Assembly (NCBI RefSeq): GCF_006345805.1
Contig: NW_021829674.1
Span: 1 to 32,079, forward strand
Origin: Octopus sinensis
Taxonomy: Eukaryota
Direction: 5' to 3'
DNA: 32,079 nucleotides
Both the position numbers and the translations under genes were made by a program. Below the pieces are notes generated by a model. That model saw nothing but the letters and a program-made list of their open reading frames with translations, had not been told where the DNA came from and searched no databases. Shown here piece by piece: positions 1 through 12,219 of this stretch (position 1 is the first letter of the stretch; the number at the start of each line of letters is the position of its first letter).

Positions 1-4
1 CACA

Positions 5-48
<44 letters not shown>

Positions 49-324
49 ACACGGGGAGGTGGTTAAAGCAAAAAACTGAAAAATTTGGTACATATTTTAA
101 ATTCTGTGATACACATGTTTTACTACACAATTGGAAATACGTTATGAATGTAGATATTAATGCTAATAATAACGTTATGAATATGATATACATTTATAAT
201 AGATATATACATGTGGATGACATATATAGGATTACCTATCATTAATTCCTAAGAGAAAGATTAAAAAGTAATACAGTATTACTTGAATGGGATTTATCTT
301 GGATTATGACATCTTCAGGCAGGC

Positions 325-346
325 ATTATATATATATATATAATAT

Positions 347-378
<32 letters not shown>

Positions 379-392
379 CATACATACATAGC

Positions 393-439
<47 letters not shown>

Positions 440-471
440 GTACACACACACACTTGTATATATACAATACA

Positions 472-503
<32 letters not shown>

Positions 504-639
504 CAAGTGTGTGTGTACATATATATATATGTATGTATGTATACATACGTACGTCTCTGTGTGTAGTTATTATTATTGTTATTATTATTATTATTATTAT
601 TATATTATATTATTATTATTATCATCATTATTATTATTA

Positions 640-678
<39 letters not shown>

Positions 679-730
679 CATTATTATTATTATCATTATT
701 ATTATTATCATTATTATTGTGTTGTTATTA
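325..730. repeat. Compound microsatellite (TA)n/(TACA)n followed by (ATT)n
   Basis: Directly visible simple repeats; they generate the Tyr/Ile-rich artefactual ORFs at 304-820. Confidence 0.95.
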
Positions 731-884
731 TTTATCATTCTTATTACTCGCCGAGAGATACAGAGTCACTTAAAAGCTAAAGTTTCGTGCAATGGTACTT
801 ATCATTCTGTCAAGTGCTGATGTGCGTTACTGTCAGCCCTTGCGGGACTCTGTAACTGTTGCAGATTGATAATGATAATAATCA

Positions 885-961
885 TATCAATATTAAAATA
901 TATACATATACATACATACATATACATACATATATGTATGTATATATATATGTAAATATAC

Positions 962-1005
<44 letters not shown>

Positions 1006-1705
1006 GCATATATATACATATATATACATATATATATAAATGTAAATATACATATATATATGGATATGTATATATGTATATGTATATATATATATATGTA
1101 TATGTATATATATATGCATGTATATGTGTATATGTATATATATATATATATACATATACATATACATATTTATATATATATATATGCAGTAAGTATGTTT
1201 GTATATATATATGTATGTGTACATCCATAATGTATATAATATGGACATGTATATATATATCATATTATAATATATATATAATATATATATATATGTATAT
1301 ATATTGTCTATATATATGCTATATGTATATATATATATATACGTATGCGTATATATATATATATATATATATATATAATGCATATATGTATACGTATAGA
1401 TATATACATGTATGCATGTACGTATGTAAGTATTGTATGCGCATGTATATGTACATGTGTGGGTATTGCATTTCTGACACATAAGCATACAAACATCCAT
1501 TATATATATATATATATGTGTGTGCGTGTGTGTGTGTGTAATATATATGTGTGTGTATGAGTGCACGTGTGTGCATGTATATATATAAATGCCAGTATGC
1601 ATATATACACACTCATGTATGCATGTGCATGTATATACAAATACATACATACATACATACATACATACATACATACGTACATACATACATACATACATAC
1701 ATACA
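885..1705. repeat. Long compound (TA)n/(TG)n/(TACA)n microsatellite
   Basis: Directly visible dinucleotide and tetranucleotide repeats. Confidence 0.95.
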
Positions 1706-1979
1706 ACGCATGATTACATTCCTTTCAAAAGGAACAAAAAAAAAAAACTCTAAAGACACTTAAATAAAAAAAATATTTAAAAAAAAAACCGTTGCACCCC
1801 CGAAACAACGAGAGTAGAATCTCAGTACTGCAGTAGAGAATTACTTATTGTTAATATCTCTTATTACACTCCAAATATCGGATGGTCTGGAAGGCATGGC
1901 ATCGGTAAGTCTAATTAGTATATATCCATCCATTCTTTGAATATCGTTGAATATGTGTCATCTTGCCTACAGACATATG

Positions 1980-2390
1980 ATACGTACTTACATACATACA
2001 TACATACATGCATATACATACATAATATATATGCATATATATATACATATATATAAATCATATTTATATATACACATACATACACACACATATATTTTTA
2101 TGTATAGCTACATGTGTATATATAATATATATATATATAATTATATATATTAATATATATATATATATAATATATATACACAATATATTATATCTTATGT
2201 ATTATATGCATATATGTACAAAGTATGTGAGTTGGTATCAAAATGTTCTGCTAGATTTAACATATGAGTGTTATATATTTATGTATATGTATGTGTGTTT
2301 CTATATGATGTATGTGCGTGTGTGGTGTATATATATATTATATATGTATGTATGTGTGTGTATGTATGTATATATGTATGGTGTGTGGTG

Positions 2391-2425
<35 letters not shown>

Positions 2426-2970
2426 TTGTGTATGTATGTATGTATGGTGTGTGGTGTATATATATATATATTATATATATAATATAGATATATATACATG
2501 TTATGTGTACTAGGTGTTACTGTAAAAATAGTAGCAGCAGTAGTAGTAGCAGCAGCAGTAGTAGTAGTAGTTGTAGTAACTGTAGTAGTAGTTGTGGTGG
2601 TGGAAGGCGTGGTGGTGGAAGTCGTGGTGATGGTGGTAGTTGTGGGTTGGGAGTAGTGGTAGTGGTGGTCGCGGTGGTTGTGGTGGTCGCGGTGGTTGTG
2701 GTGATGGTGGTGGTGGTGGTGGTGGTGGTGGTGGTGATAGTAGTAGTGGTGGTAGTAGTAGTAGCAGTAGTAGCAGTAGTAGTAGTAGCAGTAGTAGTAG
2801 TAGTACTAGTAGTAGCAGTATTAGTAGTAGTAGTTGTTGTTGTTGTTGGTGGTGGTGGTGGCGATGGTGGTAGTGGTTGTTGTAGTTGTGGTGGTGTTGG
2901 TGGTGGTGGTGGTGGTGATGGTGATGATGGTGCTGGTGGTGGCGGTGATGGTAGCGCTATTGTGTTGTAG
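1980..2970. repeat. Compound (TA)/(TATG) microsatellite with a ~65-bp higher-order unit, then (TAG)n/(GGT)n trinucleotide arrays
   Basis: The motif gtgtggtgtatatatat recurs near 2319, 2383 and 2449; (TAG)n/(GGT)n run from about 2530 to 2970. Confidence 0.9.
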
Positions 2971-3940
2971 TTGCTTTCAGGCGGCGTTGGCTAATGACGT
3001 TGGCTGTGTGTCTCTAATAGCAATACTGGAGCGGATGGTGTTGTTATTACCTTTGCTCTTATTATTTAGTAGATATGGCGACAGCGCAACTTCAGATGCT
3101 GTAACTGCTAATACAACTGTTGCTGATTCTGCTACTGCCGACAGTAGTGGTCATGGTGCTGACGGAGCTGGTGGTGCCGGAGGCAGTGTTGTTTTTGTAG
3201 CACTGATAGTAGTGTTTGTGGCTAAATCTAATATAAAAAGTTGGCTAACCTTCAGAATCCGAGAAAACAATGATAAGTGTACTATGGCAACAATTTCTTC
3301 TTAAAAGAAATCAGAGAAAAGTTGAAGAGTTTGATGAGTTCAGTTTATATAGAGATTGGAAGAACTATCATTTCGATATGCCTTTATTCTCTTGATGCAG
3401 GGTAAGGAGTGCTCGAAATATTAGATTTCTTACTTGTCACATTTATTACATCGTTTTCGATCCTTCTATGAAGCATCTCATGGAGATAACAGTGTTAATT
3501 TCTTCAAGAGCGAAGATCAGCTCATATGTCTATTTCTTTGTCAGGCCCCAGAGACTCCTAATATGCGAGAGGGGCGGGGGAGGAAAGATGTTTACCCCAA
3601 ACCGGATACTTGAGTAAAATGATCTAAATGCTCGCCTAGTTTGAGTGTTAACCTTAGGTGATTGTTTCTATTGCAACCGATATGTGGGAGGAAAAAACCT
3701 GTCATCTATATATAGATATATGAATTAGAGAAGAACCACCATGTAACAGTCCAACAATGATATAATTAGATCAAACCATATAGAAAAAAAATTAAATATA
3801 CAATAAAACATATACCAATAATTAAGTAAAGTACAAAATAATAAATAAATAGAATATAATTGGTAAAAAGACTACACGTGTTTCGTGGCTATATTTTCAA
3901 ACTGATAACAGTAAAATCAATTCGTTATAATTATAGTCAC

Positions 3941-3965
<25 letters not shown>

Positions 3966-3971
<6 letters not shown>

Positions 3972-4232
3972 CTTGGCTTTAAGGGTATTGCAAAAGGCTT
4001 GGCTGGAGACCCATCCTCCCGATTTCTTTCACAGGACTCGGAAAGAATGAAGGATTGCTGCAATAAGTGTGTGAATATGAGAGGGGAATACTTTGATACT
4101 TTGATAGGTTTCGGCCATTATTGGCCCAGGCCATGTCTAACTTAATAGCACCACCTTGAATAATAATATAATCTACTGATCCTTCTGTATTTTCTTTTAC
4201 CCAAAGTCAGGAACTTTTCAGCACCCATCTTG
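3966..4232 (+). mobile_element. Mariner-derived MITE (internal-deletion derivative), 5' TIR partly lost, with a ~60-bp secondary insertion
   Basis: aaagtccttggcttt (3966-3980) is a 12/15 inverted match to aaagtcaggaacttt (4203-4217). The interior encodes the frameshifted mariner C-terminus KAWLETHPPDFFHR...CNKCVNMRGEYFD. Confidence 0.75.
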
Positions 4233-4236
4233 TATG

Positions 4237-4268
<32 letters not shown>

Positions 4269-4293
4269 GTATGTATATATAATATATATACAT

Positions 4294-4343
<50 letters not shown>

Positions 4344-4389
4344 ATATATATATATATATATTACATATACATATATGAATATAAATATA

Positions 4390-5593
4390 TTTGGTTGTGT
4401 CACATGAAATGTCCAATTTGTAATTGTCCTTTCAGTCATTTAAAAACTCAAGTATGTATACGTTGTCTTTAAACTTGACAATATTGGTATACTAAATCCG
4501 TACCCACAGACCTTACGAAAATGATAACAACCAAACTATGTTGAGTGATTTTCTCGTATGAGTACAAACTGGGTTACTGTGCCGCAGATGCACTATGGAA
4601 TATCAAGCGGACCTTTGGTACTGGTTTTGTTGACTTCAGAACTGTTTAGAGATATTTCCAAAGCTCTCGTTCAGATAATAGCCTTGAAAATAAACCAAGG
4701 GGTAGGCCTAAATCAATTATTCGGCATGATATATTAAATGCACAAAATCCGAGAAAAAATGTTCTAAAACTTTCATTAGAACTCCAAACATCTCGCACAT
4801 CCGTTTTTCGACAACTGTAAAAAAATTGGAAAAATCAAGAAAACAGATAGGTTTGTTCCACATCAACTGAACGTGATTCAAAAAACAGACGCATCGACGT
4901 GTGCTCCTTATTGCTTTCTCGATTGGAAAAATACCGTTTTTGCATCAAATCATTACTTGTGATGAGAAATGGATACTCTTTAACAACAGCAGGAGAAAAG
5001 GACAGCGATTAGATGCGGGAGAGTCACCTAAACACTGCCAAAACCCACCATTGCACCCTAAAAAGCTTATGATCACTGTATGGTGGTCTGAGAAAGAAAA
5101 AGTGTATTCATTTTTGCAACAAGGAAAAACAGCAACATATTGCCAGGAAATTGATTTCATGCATGAGAATTTGAAAAAGAAGAAACCCAGATTAGTGATT
5201 AGAGATTGCCCAATTCTGCTCAACGACAATGCACGTCCTCACACTCGTCAAGCTACGGTCCAAAAGTTGCAAAGCCTGAATTATGACATATTGCAATATC
5301 CTCCCTATTCCTCTGGTATCTGATCAACACTTTTCTAAGCATTTGGGGGTTTGGGGCTTTTCATAAGCAATAAAACATTCTTAAATAGAGAAGAGGTAAT
5401 TGAAGCATTCGGACAGTTTATCACAGCAGAAGATGATTTTTTTTAAAGATGGAATATATGACATAAAGGAACGCTGGGTAACCATCATAATTGAACATGG
5501 ATTATACTTTGATTAAATAAATCAGTTCTCTAACACTTCTGAGACATTTTATTGTTACCTTTCAAATACGACATTTCAAATGAAACAACCTAA
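4390..5593 (+). mobile_element. Full-length (~1.2 kb) decayed mariner DNA transposon
   Basis: 31-bp TIRs at 4390-4420 and 5563-5593 (25/31 inverted match); TA on both flanks (4388-4389, 5594-5595); transposase relic inside. Confidence 0.92.
4521..5516 (+). pseudogene. Mariner (D,D34D-type) transposase pseudogene
   Basis: Manual translation across stops and frameshifts: M...IFSYEYKLGYCAADALWNIKRTFG, KPRGRP, FVPHQL (WVPHEL motif), IITCDEKW (D1), LLNDNARPH (D2), YPPYSSGI* (YSPDL motif degraded), C-terminus FFKDGIYDIKERWVTIIIEHGLYFD*. Confidence 0.95.
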
Positions 5594-5619
5594 TATATAT
5601 ATTATATATATATATATAT

Positions 5620-5697
<78 letters not shown>

Positions 5698-5826
5698 ATG
5701 TATGTATGTATGTATGTATGTATGTTTGTATATATATATATATATACACACATACACACATACATACATACATACATACATACATACATACATACATGCA
5801 AATATACATACATATATGTATATATT

Positions 5827-6126
5827 GGAGGCACATGGCCTAGTAGTTAGAGCAGCAGACTCGTGATAGAGGGATCGCAGGTTCGAATCTCAAGCAGGGC
5901 GATGTGTGTGTTTATGAGCGAAGCACATAAGCTCAACGCGGCTCCGGCAGAAGGTAATGTCGAACTTCTGCTGACTCTTTCGCCACAACTTCCTCTCACT
6001 CTTTCCTCCTGCACCTTGCAGCTCACCTGTGACAGACACGCGTCCCGTACAGGTGAGGAACCTATACGCCAGTGAAACCGGGAAACCGGCCCTTATGAGC
6101 CAGGCATGGCTCGAGAAGGAACAAAC
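5827..6126 (+). mobile_element. tRNA-headed SINE, family B (my label)
   Basis: A-box-like tggcctagtagttag and B-box ggttcgaatc; head and body are homologous to the copies at 11566, 15685 and 31149 (-). Confidence 0.8.
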
Positions 6127-6269
6127 ACACATATGTATATGAGTAATGTATGCATGCATTCATGTACGTATGCCTGTATATATATGTATGCATGTGGGTG
6201 TGTGGCTGTATATGTGTTGTCTGTGTATGTGGTTGTATATGTGTCGTCTGTGTGTGCTCGTGAAGCACT

Positions 6270-6450
6270 GTTAGAATGTTTACAACCCCGTAACTTAGCA
6301 GTCCGGGTGAAGCGACCAATAGAATACCACGCTTTAAAATAAAAAATGAAAAAAGTACTAGGATCGAATCGTTCGACAAGAATTCTTCATGTCGGTGACC
6401 GAGCATGACCGCAGTCTAATGACTGGAACAAATAATAGACAAAAGACAAG
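6270..6450 (+). mobile_element. 3' portion of SINE family C (microsatellite-containing SINE), degraded
   Basis: ccccgtaacttagc...gagcatgaccgcagtctaatgactg matches the tails of the copies at 13626 and 22313. Confidence 0.65.
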
Positions 6451-6859
6451 ATTTCTTCTTTAATCTTCGATACGTCATTTAGCTTGATGTAAAAATACGG
6501 AACAGAAAAAAAAGCGAAAACAATTATACAAATACACAAATAATGTGTGGGAAATACCAAAGATAATCAATACACCCACGTTTACCTTTGATTGTTTAGA
6601 ATCAAAGGGTGAATGACATTAGCCAGCTGTTTAGTAGGAATCTGTACGCTGGTTATTGTAAAAACTTTTCCATACGATATTATTACTAAAGCAGAATAGA
6701 ATTTGCTCGCTCATAATTCTGTGCTCTTAAAATTGAATAAACAATTGCTAAAGAAAGGTCAGGTATGTTATTTTTCATTCAATCATTGCTTGCAGATATT
6801 GATTTAACATATATAGTATTCTAGTATTTGTGTTTCTGTATTTGAGCTCAAACGAGGTG

Positions 6860-6891
<32 letters not shown>

Positions 6892-6916
6892 CATCATCAT
6901 CATCACCACCACCACC

Positions 6917-6961
<45 letters not shown>

Positions 6962-6987
6962 TTCATCATCAAGATCATCATCATCAA

Positions 6988-7107
6988 GGCGATATCCTGG
7001 CAGAAATCGTTAGCATGCCGGGCGAAATTCTTAGAGGTATTTCGTCTGTCTTTACGTTATGAGTTCAAATTCCGCCGAGGTCGACTTTGCCTTTCATCCT
7101 TTCAAGG
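6988..7107 (+). mobile_element. 5' portion of SINE family A
   Basis: ctggcagaaatcgttagc...gagttcaaattccgccgaggtcgactttgcctttcatcc is shared with the full copies. Confidence 0.85.
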
Positions 7108-7128
7108 TATAATTATTGTTATTATTGT

Positions 7129-7665
7129 GTGAGAGAGCAGTGAATGCCATCAAAATGACAATGGGGTAAAATATGCGAAGCCCAGTATACCCATCATGAC
7201 TACCCGTCTGATAAGGGTACACCAGGCACATACATCACAACCATATGTGCTCGACATGGTGATCTCCTATCAAGATAACAGGTGAGGCCCAGTTTGAATT
7301 TTCTTCTGATCGAGTAGCCCATCCCGCTCAAAAGGTCCCTGAATAAGGACTGTTTAAGGATGTTGAATGAAACACCCATGTTTCCAGAGGTGAATTATCC
7401 AAACCTCCAAGAATTCCTTTCAACACACGGCTATGATACTTCCCCACTACTTCTGTTCGTGATCAGAGATGCACATATCGTCAGCCACTAAGAAACATGG
7501 TCAACTGATTAAGGTCAAACAACTGACAAGAAAATCTGTGGTATTGATCAGAATATTTGCTGTAGCCCATCTTTTATACCAAGACAAAACAATGTACATG
7601 ATAACACTTCCAATCAGTTAAGATCAGAAGCCACGAGAGCCACTGCCTGGTACTGCATCAGGGCA
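7129..7665 (-). mobile_element. ~550-bp unclassified interspersed element flanked by trinucleotide arrays (copy 1)
   Basis: Reverse-complement homologue of 20422-20977 with the same two ends. Strand is assigned so that the (TAA)n tract lies 3'. Confidence 0.85.
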
Positions 7666-7682
7666 TGCTGCTGCTGCTGGTG

Positions 7683-7713
<31 letters not shown>

Positions 7714-7764
7714 CACTACTACTACTACTACTACTACTAATACTAATACCACTACTACTACTAC

Positions 7765-7795
<31 letters not shown>

Positions 7796-7796
<1 letters not shown>

Positions 7797-7895
7797 TATG
7801 TTTGACTTTTGCTTTATGTCTGTACAAGTTGGCTCCAAGTCTCACCCAGAGACCTCAAGAGACAACAGGTTGGAAGTTCTGTGCCATATATTTGG
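7796..7895 (-). mobile_element. R4/Dong-like retrotransposon 3' UTR end with (TAA)n tail
   Basis: gtctcacccagagacctcaagagacaaca matches the 3' UTR of the copy at 7997-8609; on the minus strand it runs straight into (TAA)n. Confidence 0.7.
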
Positions 7896-7996
7896 GGGTT
7901 TTTTTTTGGTTTTTTTTTGTGTTGTACTAGTGAATGTCTAATACATAAAAATAAAATTTAAAAAAAAAAAAAGAAAAAAGGGAATTATTATTATTA

Positions 7997-8609
7997 TATG
8001 TTTAACTTTTTCTTTTTATTAGTTGACACCGAGTCTCACCCAGAAACCTCAAGAGACAACAAGTTTGATGTTCAAGTCGGTGTCGCGACTACGAGGCCAT
8101 ATGTTTGGTTTCGCAGAGAGTAATGTTCTAAAGATTAATGTCTGTCAAAGCATAAGTAAATTAGATGTTTGTTTTAAAAGTAATTTGATTATAAACGATA
8201 GTCTGGTGATGCTAAAATGACAGTAAAATGTGGTTGCTGTAATGTACATTTAAAAGTATTTTGACACTGTATACGAATTAAACTATTTCTGTGATTACTT
8301 AAACAATATTTTACGTAGGATATGAGTAGTTCCCATGTGCTCTATCTCTTGGTTTTCTTCTGCTTTTGGATTTCCTGGTATCTGAGCTAGCTAGCAATCA
8401 GCCCCTTTTGCTATCATTCCCAGAGCACTTATGGCAACAGGTATTGTTTTAGTCTTCAGGTTCCACGTTTTGCCAATTTCTATTTTATGATCTTTATACT
8501 TGTTCAGTTTTTGGTAGGTCTTGTCAGATACCTTTATGTCGATTGTGACACTCATATCAATGAGGAGGCATGATTTTTGTCTGAAGTCATTCAATACAAT
8601 GTCTGACTT
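7997..8609 (-). mobile_element. 5'-truncated R4/Dong-clade non-LTR retrotransposon (RLE endonuclease C-terminus plus 3' UTR)
   Basis: Minus strand encodes KSDIVLNDFRQKSCLLIDMSV...KYKDHKIEIGKTWNLKTKTIPVAISALG...MGTTHILRKIL, a PD-(D/E)xK restriction-like endonuclease; (TAA)n lies on both flanks in the same orientation. Confidence 0.88.
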
Positions 8610-8760
8610 ATTATTATTATTATTATTATTATATTATTATTATTATTATTATTATTATTGTAGTTGTTGTTGTTGTTGTCATCATCATCATCATCATCAT
8701 CATTATTTAAGGGTTGATGTTACTCATTCGATAACAGTTGCACTCTTATTATTATTATTA

Positions 8761-8828
<68 letters not shown>

Positions 8829-8853
8829 TCGAATCTTTGTTATCATTATTATT

Positions 8854-10075
8854 CCTTCGTAACACAGTCTAGGGAAAATTGCACCGGAGTCTTTATTCAT
8901 CTGTCAAGTCACAACAAGGACCTCAGACAGATAATACTTACCTTAAGACGTGCGCTGTGCCCAATAAGGCTGCTTTTTGCAAGACATCAGTCTTGCATGG
9001 GGTTTCCAGTTGCCTTAGGAAGTCTTGAATTTTCAGTGGAGTTTGAGCCCAGCGCTCCGATCACCACTGGTATCACTTTTACATTACTCTCTCGCATTCC
9101 ATACAGTCTTGCCTTTTCCGCTTTCAATTCAGAGTATCTGGTGATATTTTCAACCTCTTTACTCGCAACATTCATGTCATTTGGTATGGCTACAGTATTT
9201 GTCTCTCTTATTCAATATGCTAATATCCGGCCGGCGGTGTTCGATTACACGATCCGTCTGAAAATCATAGTCCCAGACTATCGTTACTTTTCCACCATAC
9301 TGCATCACTTTACTTGGTACATGCTCGTGCCAATTACCTGTTACTTCATATTGGTATTTACGGCATAAGAACTAATGAAGATGTACACACACTTTATCGT
9401 GGTGACGCTTGTATTCTTTTTGTGCAGGGCTCTCACATCCACTTACCAAGTGGGTCACATTTTCTACACTCTTTTCACAAAGTCTGCATTTCTGGCTGTT
9501 AGAAGTTTTACAGATAATATACTTCACTGAATTGGTAGCGAGAGCCTGGTCTTGTGCAGCAATGGTCAGGCTTTCGGTGGTACGCTTCAAATCACCTCGC
9601 TCAAGCCATGCCCACGATGCTTTATTATCGTTAACGTCCTGTATTATCCTTAACGTCCTGTGTATTCCTTTCAAACTGTCAATGCATTCTCATTTCAAGA
9701 AGGTCTTCTTTTCTTTTCTCCTCAGCTCTTTGGTTAAACTCTTCCTTGCCTATCATTTCATCTGTATTTACACCCATATCTTTCGCAGCATATCGCAGCA
9801 GGTCTTCAAAACTATTTATCAAATACTCGGCAAGCGTTGTCCTTTCACTCCTTATTCAATGGTCTATACTAATTAGTCCTCTGTCGCCATTCTTTCTTTT
9901 CATATACAGTCTTTTTACGTTTGCTTTAGGGTGTAGCGCTCCATGCAGCGTCATCAACTTTCTCGTCCTTCTATCCAGTGTTGATATTTCCTGCTTGGTC
10001 CACTTGAGGATGGACGCACTATATCTGACCACCGCAACTACCCAGATATTCATTGCGGTAATCAAACGTAGCAGA
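8854..10075 (-). mobile_element. 5'-truncated R4/Dong-clade non-LTR retrotransposon, second subfamily (pseudogenised)
   Basis: Post-RT segment ITAMNIWVVAVVRYS...HGALHPKANVKRLYMKRKNGDRGLISI, CCHC knuckle CRLCEKSVENVTHLVSGC, YKRHHDKV, WDYDFQTDRVIEHRRPDI (PD motif), VIPVVIGALG and LQKAALLGTAHVLR, then a short 3' UTR and (TAA)n. Confidence 0.93.
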
Positions 10076-10944
10076 CTAAGTTGTATTAACGTTTATTACC
10101 CTCAAGGACACCGGCGTTTCGAAATATAAGTTCCTCTTTCGGATAAAGTAATATACAATGTACACAAATAGGTTTAAGAAACATAGTGACGATCGGAGAT
10201 CAAATTTAATGTAAACGCTGTGCAAACGTAGTAAAATGTTCATGTCTAAAAATAAGATTAACAATCTGAAAAAATTATAGATTTTCCAAGTCTCTTTTTA
10301 CAGTTCAAATTCACCAACCTTGACCTTGCAACTCGTCTGAAGATTCAAGTTAAAATAAGATCAAATGAAACATCTAAAATTGATGAGATGTCACAGGAAT
10401 GCTAAAGGGTATTGATTTCGTACTTCCACTCCTTGTCTCACTTGTCTGTCTGTCTGTCTGTCTGTTCACCTAATCATTTTCTAACTCGCTCTTTATATCT
10501 GTATATGTATCTCTCTCATTTTCTTTCTTACTACATCCCTGTTATCTGTATTTCTGTCTATGTTTCTGTCATTCTCTCTCTCTCCAATTAATGAGCAGAT
10601 AGGCTTATCTATCTGTGGCAGCTAGCTATATATGTACATGCCTTGCGGCTTCTTCCCAAATGAGGCATTTGCGAAAATAATAAATGTATGTGTTGTTGCT
10701 CGCACGCACCGTTCCTGTACGAGTATATTTTTGCGTGTGAGGTGTGTATTTTTCTACGTATAAATATGCATACGTTTAACTACTACGTAAATACGCATTA
10801 TAATTACTATTTTTATTATGGAAATCCTTATTTGCCTTCTTTGTTGCTATTTTTTTCAAAAAGGATAGGATGTCTAGGGAAAAATGTAGAGGAGTGTGAC
10901 TGTGATATAGGGCATCTATTAGTTTCATCAGACCTTGGTTTTAC

Positions 10945-11060
10945 GCTTGAAATGTTTTGCTTCAGTTTCTTTTTTATGTGGATGTAAAAGGACCAACACC
11001 AGTTTTGAAGCGGTGATGTCGGGTTACAAAAGCAAACACAAAGGCATACACGCACACTCA
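10945..11060 (-). mobile_element. Degraded SINE family C 3' segment
   Basis: gatgtaaaaggaccaacaccagttttgaagcggtgatg is the reverse-complement homologue of ataaccggtgttgg at 11185. Confidence 0.5.
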
Positions 11061-11071
11061 CAGACATACAT

Positions 11072-11147
<76 letters not shown>

Positions 11148-11184
11148 TGAAAGAGAGAGAGACAGAAAGAAAGACAGAAAAATA

Positions 11185-11370
11185 GATAACCGGTGTTGGC
11201 ATTTTAGTTTTTATGTCTCCGTGACGTAGCGGTTCCGCAAATGGTAAACGAAAGAATAAGTACCAGGCTTTAAAAAGGTACTGGGTAGATTCATTCGACT
11301 AAAAATTCTTCAGGGCTGTGCCCCAGCATGACCTCAGTCTTATGACTGAAACAAGTAAAGGATAAAAGAT
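11185..11370 (+). mobile_element. SINE family C 3' segment following (GATA)n/(GA)n
   Basis: accggtgttgg...agaataagtaccaggc...ccccagcatgacctcagtcttatgactgaaacaagtaaag. Confidence 0.75.
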
Positions 11371-11371
11371 A

Positions 11372-11411
<40 letters not shown>

Positions 11412-11565
11412 CATGACGCGAGTTTATTCACAGTCTCTACTAGTTTCAATTACGAGGCCTTGGTAAAAACCACTTGACCAAAATTCCGCCCTCTGGCGCC
11501 GGATCTGGAACTACATACCTGCGTCCTTGTGAAATGAAGTTAATTATCTGGTTAAAGATGAAAGT

Positions 11566-11864
11566 GGAGGTGCAATGGCCCAGTGGTTAGAGCAGCGGAC
11601 TCGTGGTCAGAACATCGCGGTTTCGATTCTCAGACCGGGCGTTGTGCGTGTTTATTGAGCGAAAACACCTAAAAGGTCCACGAGGCTCCCGCAGGGGGAG
11701 GAGGCGACACCTGTTGTACTCTTTCGCTACAACTTCTTGAGTAACGCTGAGATGGACTGGCGTCCCGTCCAGCTGGGAGGAACACATACGCCACAGAAAC
11801 AGGGAAACCGGGTCCATGAGCCTGGCTAGGTTTGAAAAGGGCGCATAAATAAATATATAAATAA
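11566..11864 (+). mobile_element. tRNA-headed SINE family B with 12-bp TSD
   Basis: A-box tggcccagtggttag and B-box-like gtttcgattc; TSD taaagatgaaag at 11553-11564 and 11865-11876. Confidence 0.88.
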
Positions 11865-11958
11865 TAAAGATGAAAGGCAAATTAGATCACGGCAAGATTT
11901 GAACACGGAGCGCAACATTTAAACAGACGTTTTAACGATTCTGCTAATTCGTTGCCTT
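11865..11958 (-). mobile_element. Old degraded SINE family A 5' portion
   Basis: gatgaaaggcaaa...atttgaac...aacgattctgctaattcgttgcc resembles the reverse complement of the family A head. Confidence 0.6.
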
Positions 11959-11987
11959 GCAATGAATTATACATAAAACAGCAGAAA

Positions 11988-12219
11988 GTGGTGAGCTGGC
12001 AGAAACGTTAGTACGCCGGGCGAAATACGTAGCTGTATTTCGTCTGCCGTTACGTTCTGGGTTCAAATTCCGCCGAGGTCAACTTTGCCTTTCATCCTTT
12101 CGGGGTCGATTAAATAAGTACCAGTTACGCACTGGGGTCGATATAATCGACTTAATCCGTTTGTCTGTCCTTGTTTGTTCCCTCTGTGTTTAGCCCCTTG
12201 TGGGTAGTAAAGAAATAGG
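11988..12219 (+). mobile_element. SINE family A, full monomer with 15-bp TSD
   Basis: TSD tacataaaacagcag at 11970-11984 and 12220-12234; B-box gttcaaattc. Confidence 0.93.

Noticed and set aside
780-806. Antisense hammerhead-like traces here, at 3870-3900 and at 4107-4135
   Set aside because: Cores are too degenerate or deleted to distinguish from chance without a family consensus.
1790-1910. Open frame (...ELLIVNISYYTPNIGWSGRHGI) ending at a consensus donor G|gtaagt (1904/1905)
   Set aside because: No convincing polypyrimidine acceptor, no recognisable protein and no partner exon; a spliced RNA-seq alignment or tBLASTn would be needed.
304-2513. Many long ORFs rich in Y/I/M/C/V/H/T (also at 5.6, 18-19.5, 26.5-26.9, 28.1-28.5 and 30.1-30.7 kb)
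   Set aside because: They are translations of TA/TG/TACA microsatellites, which lack stop codons.
2503-3304. Ser/Gly/Val/Ala-rich ORFs resembling membrane or low-complexity proteins
   Set aside because: They arise from (TAG)n/(GGT)n and decayed trinucleotide repeats; no splice or domain support.
5827-5900. tRNA-like sequences at SINE heads (also 11566, 15685, 31350-31427)
   Set aside because: They have A/B boxes but no complete cloverleaf and continue into SINE bodies, so they are not tRNA genes.
10336-10380. CTGAAGA...GAAAC spacing resembling a hammerhead
   Set aside because: No stem II pairing and no NUH after the putative stem III.
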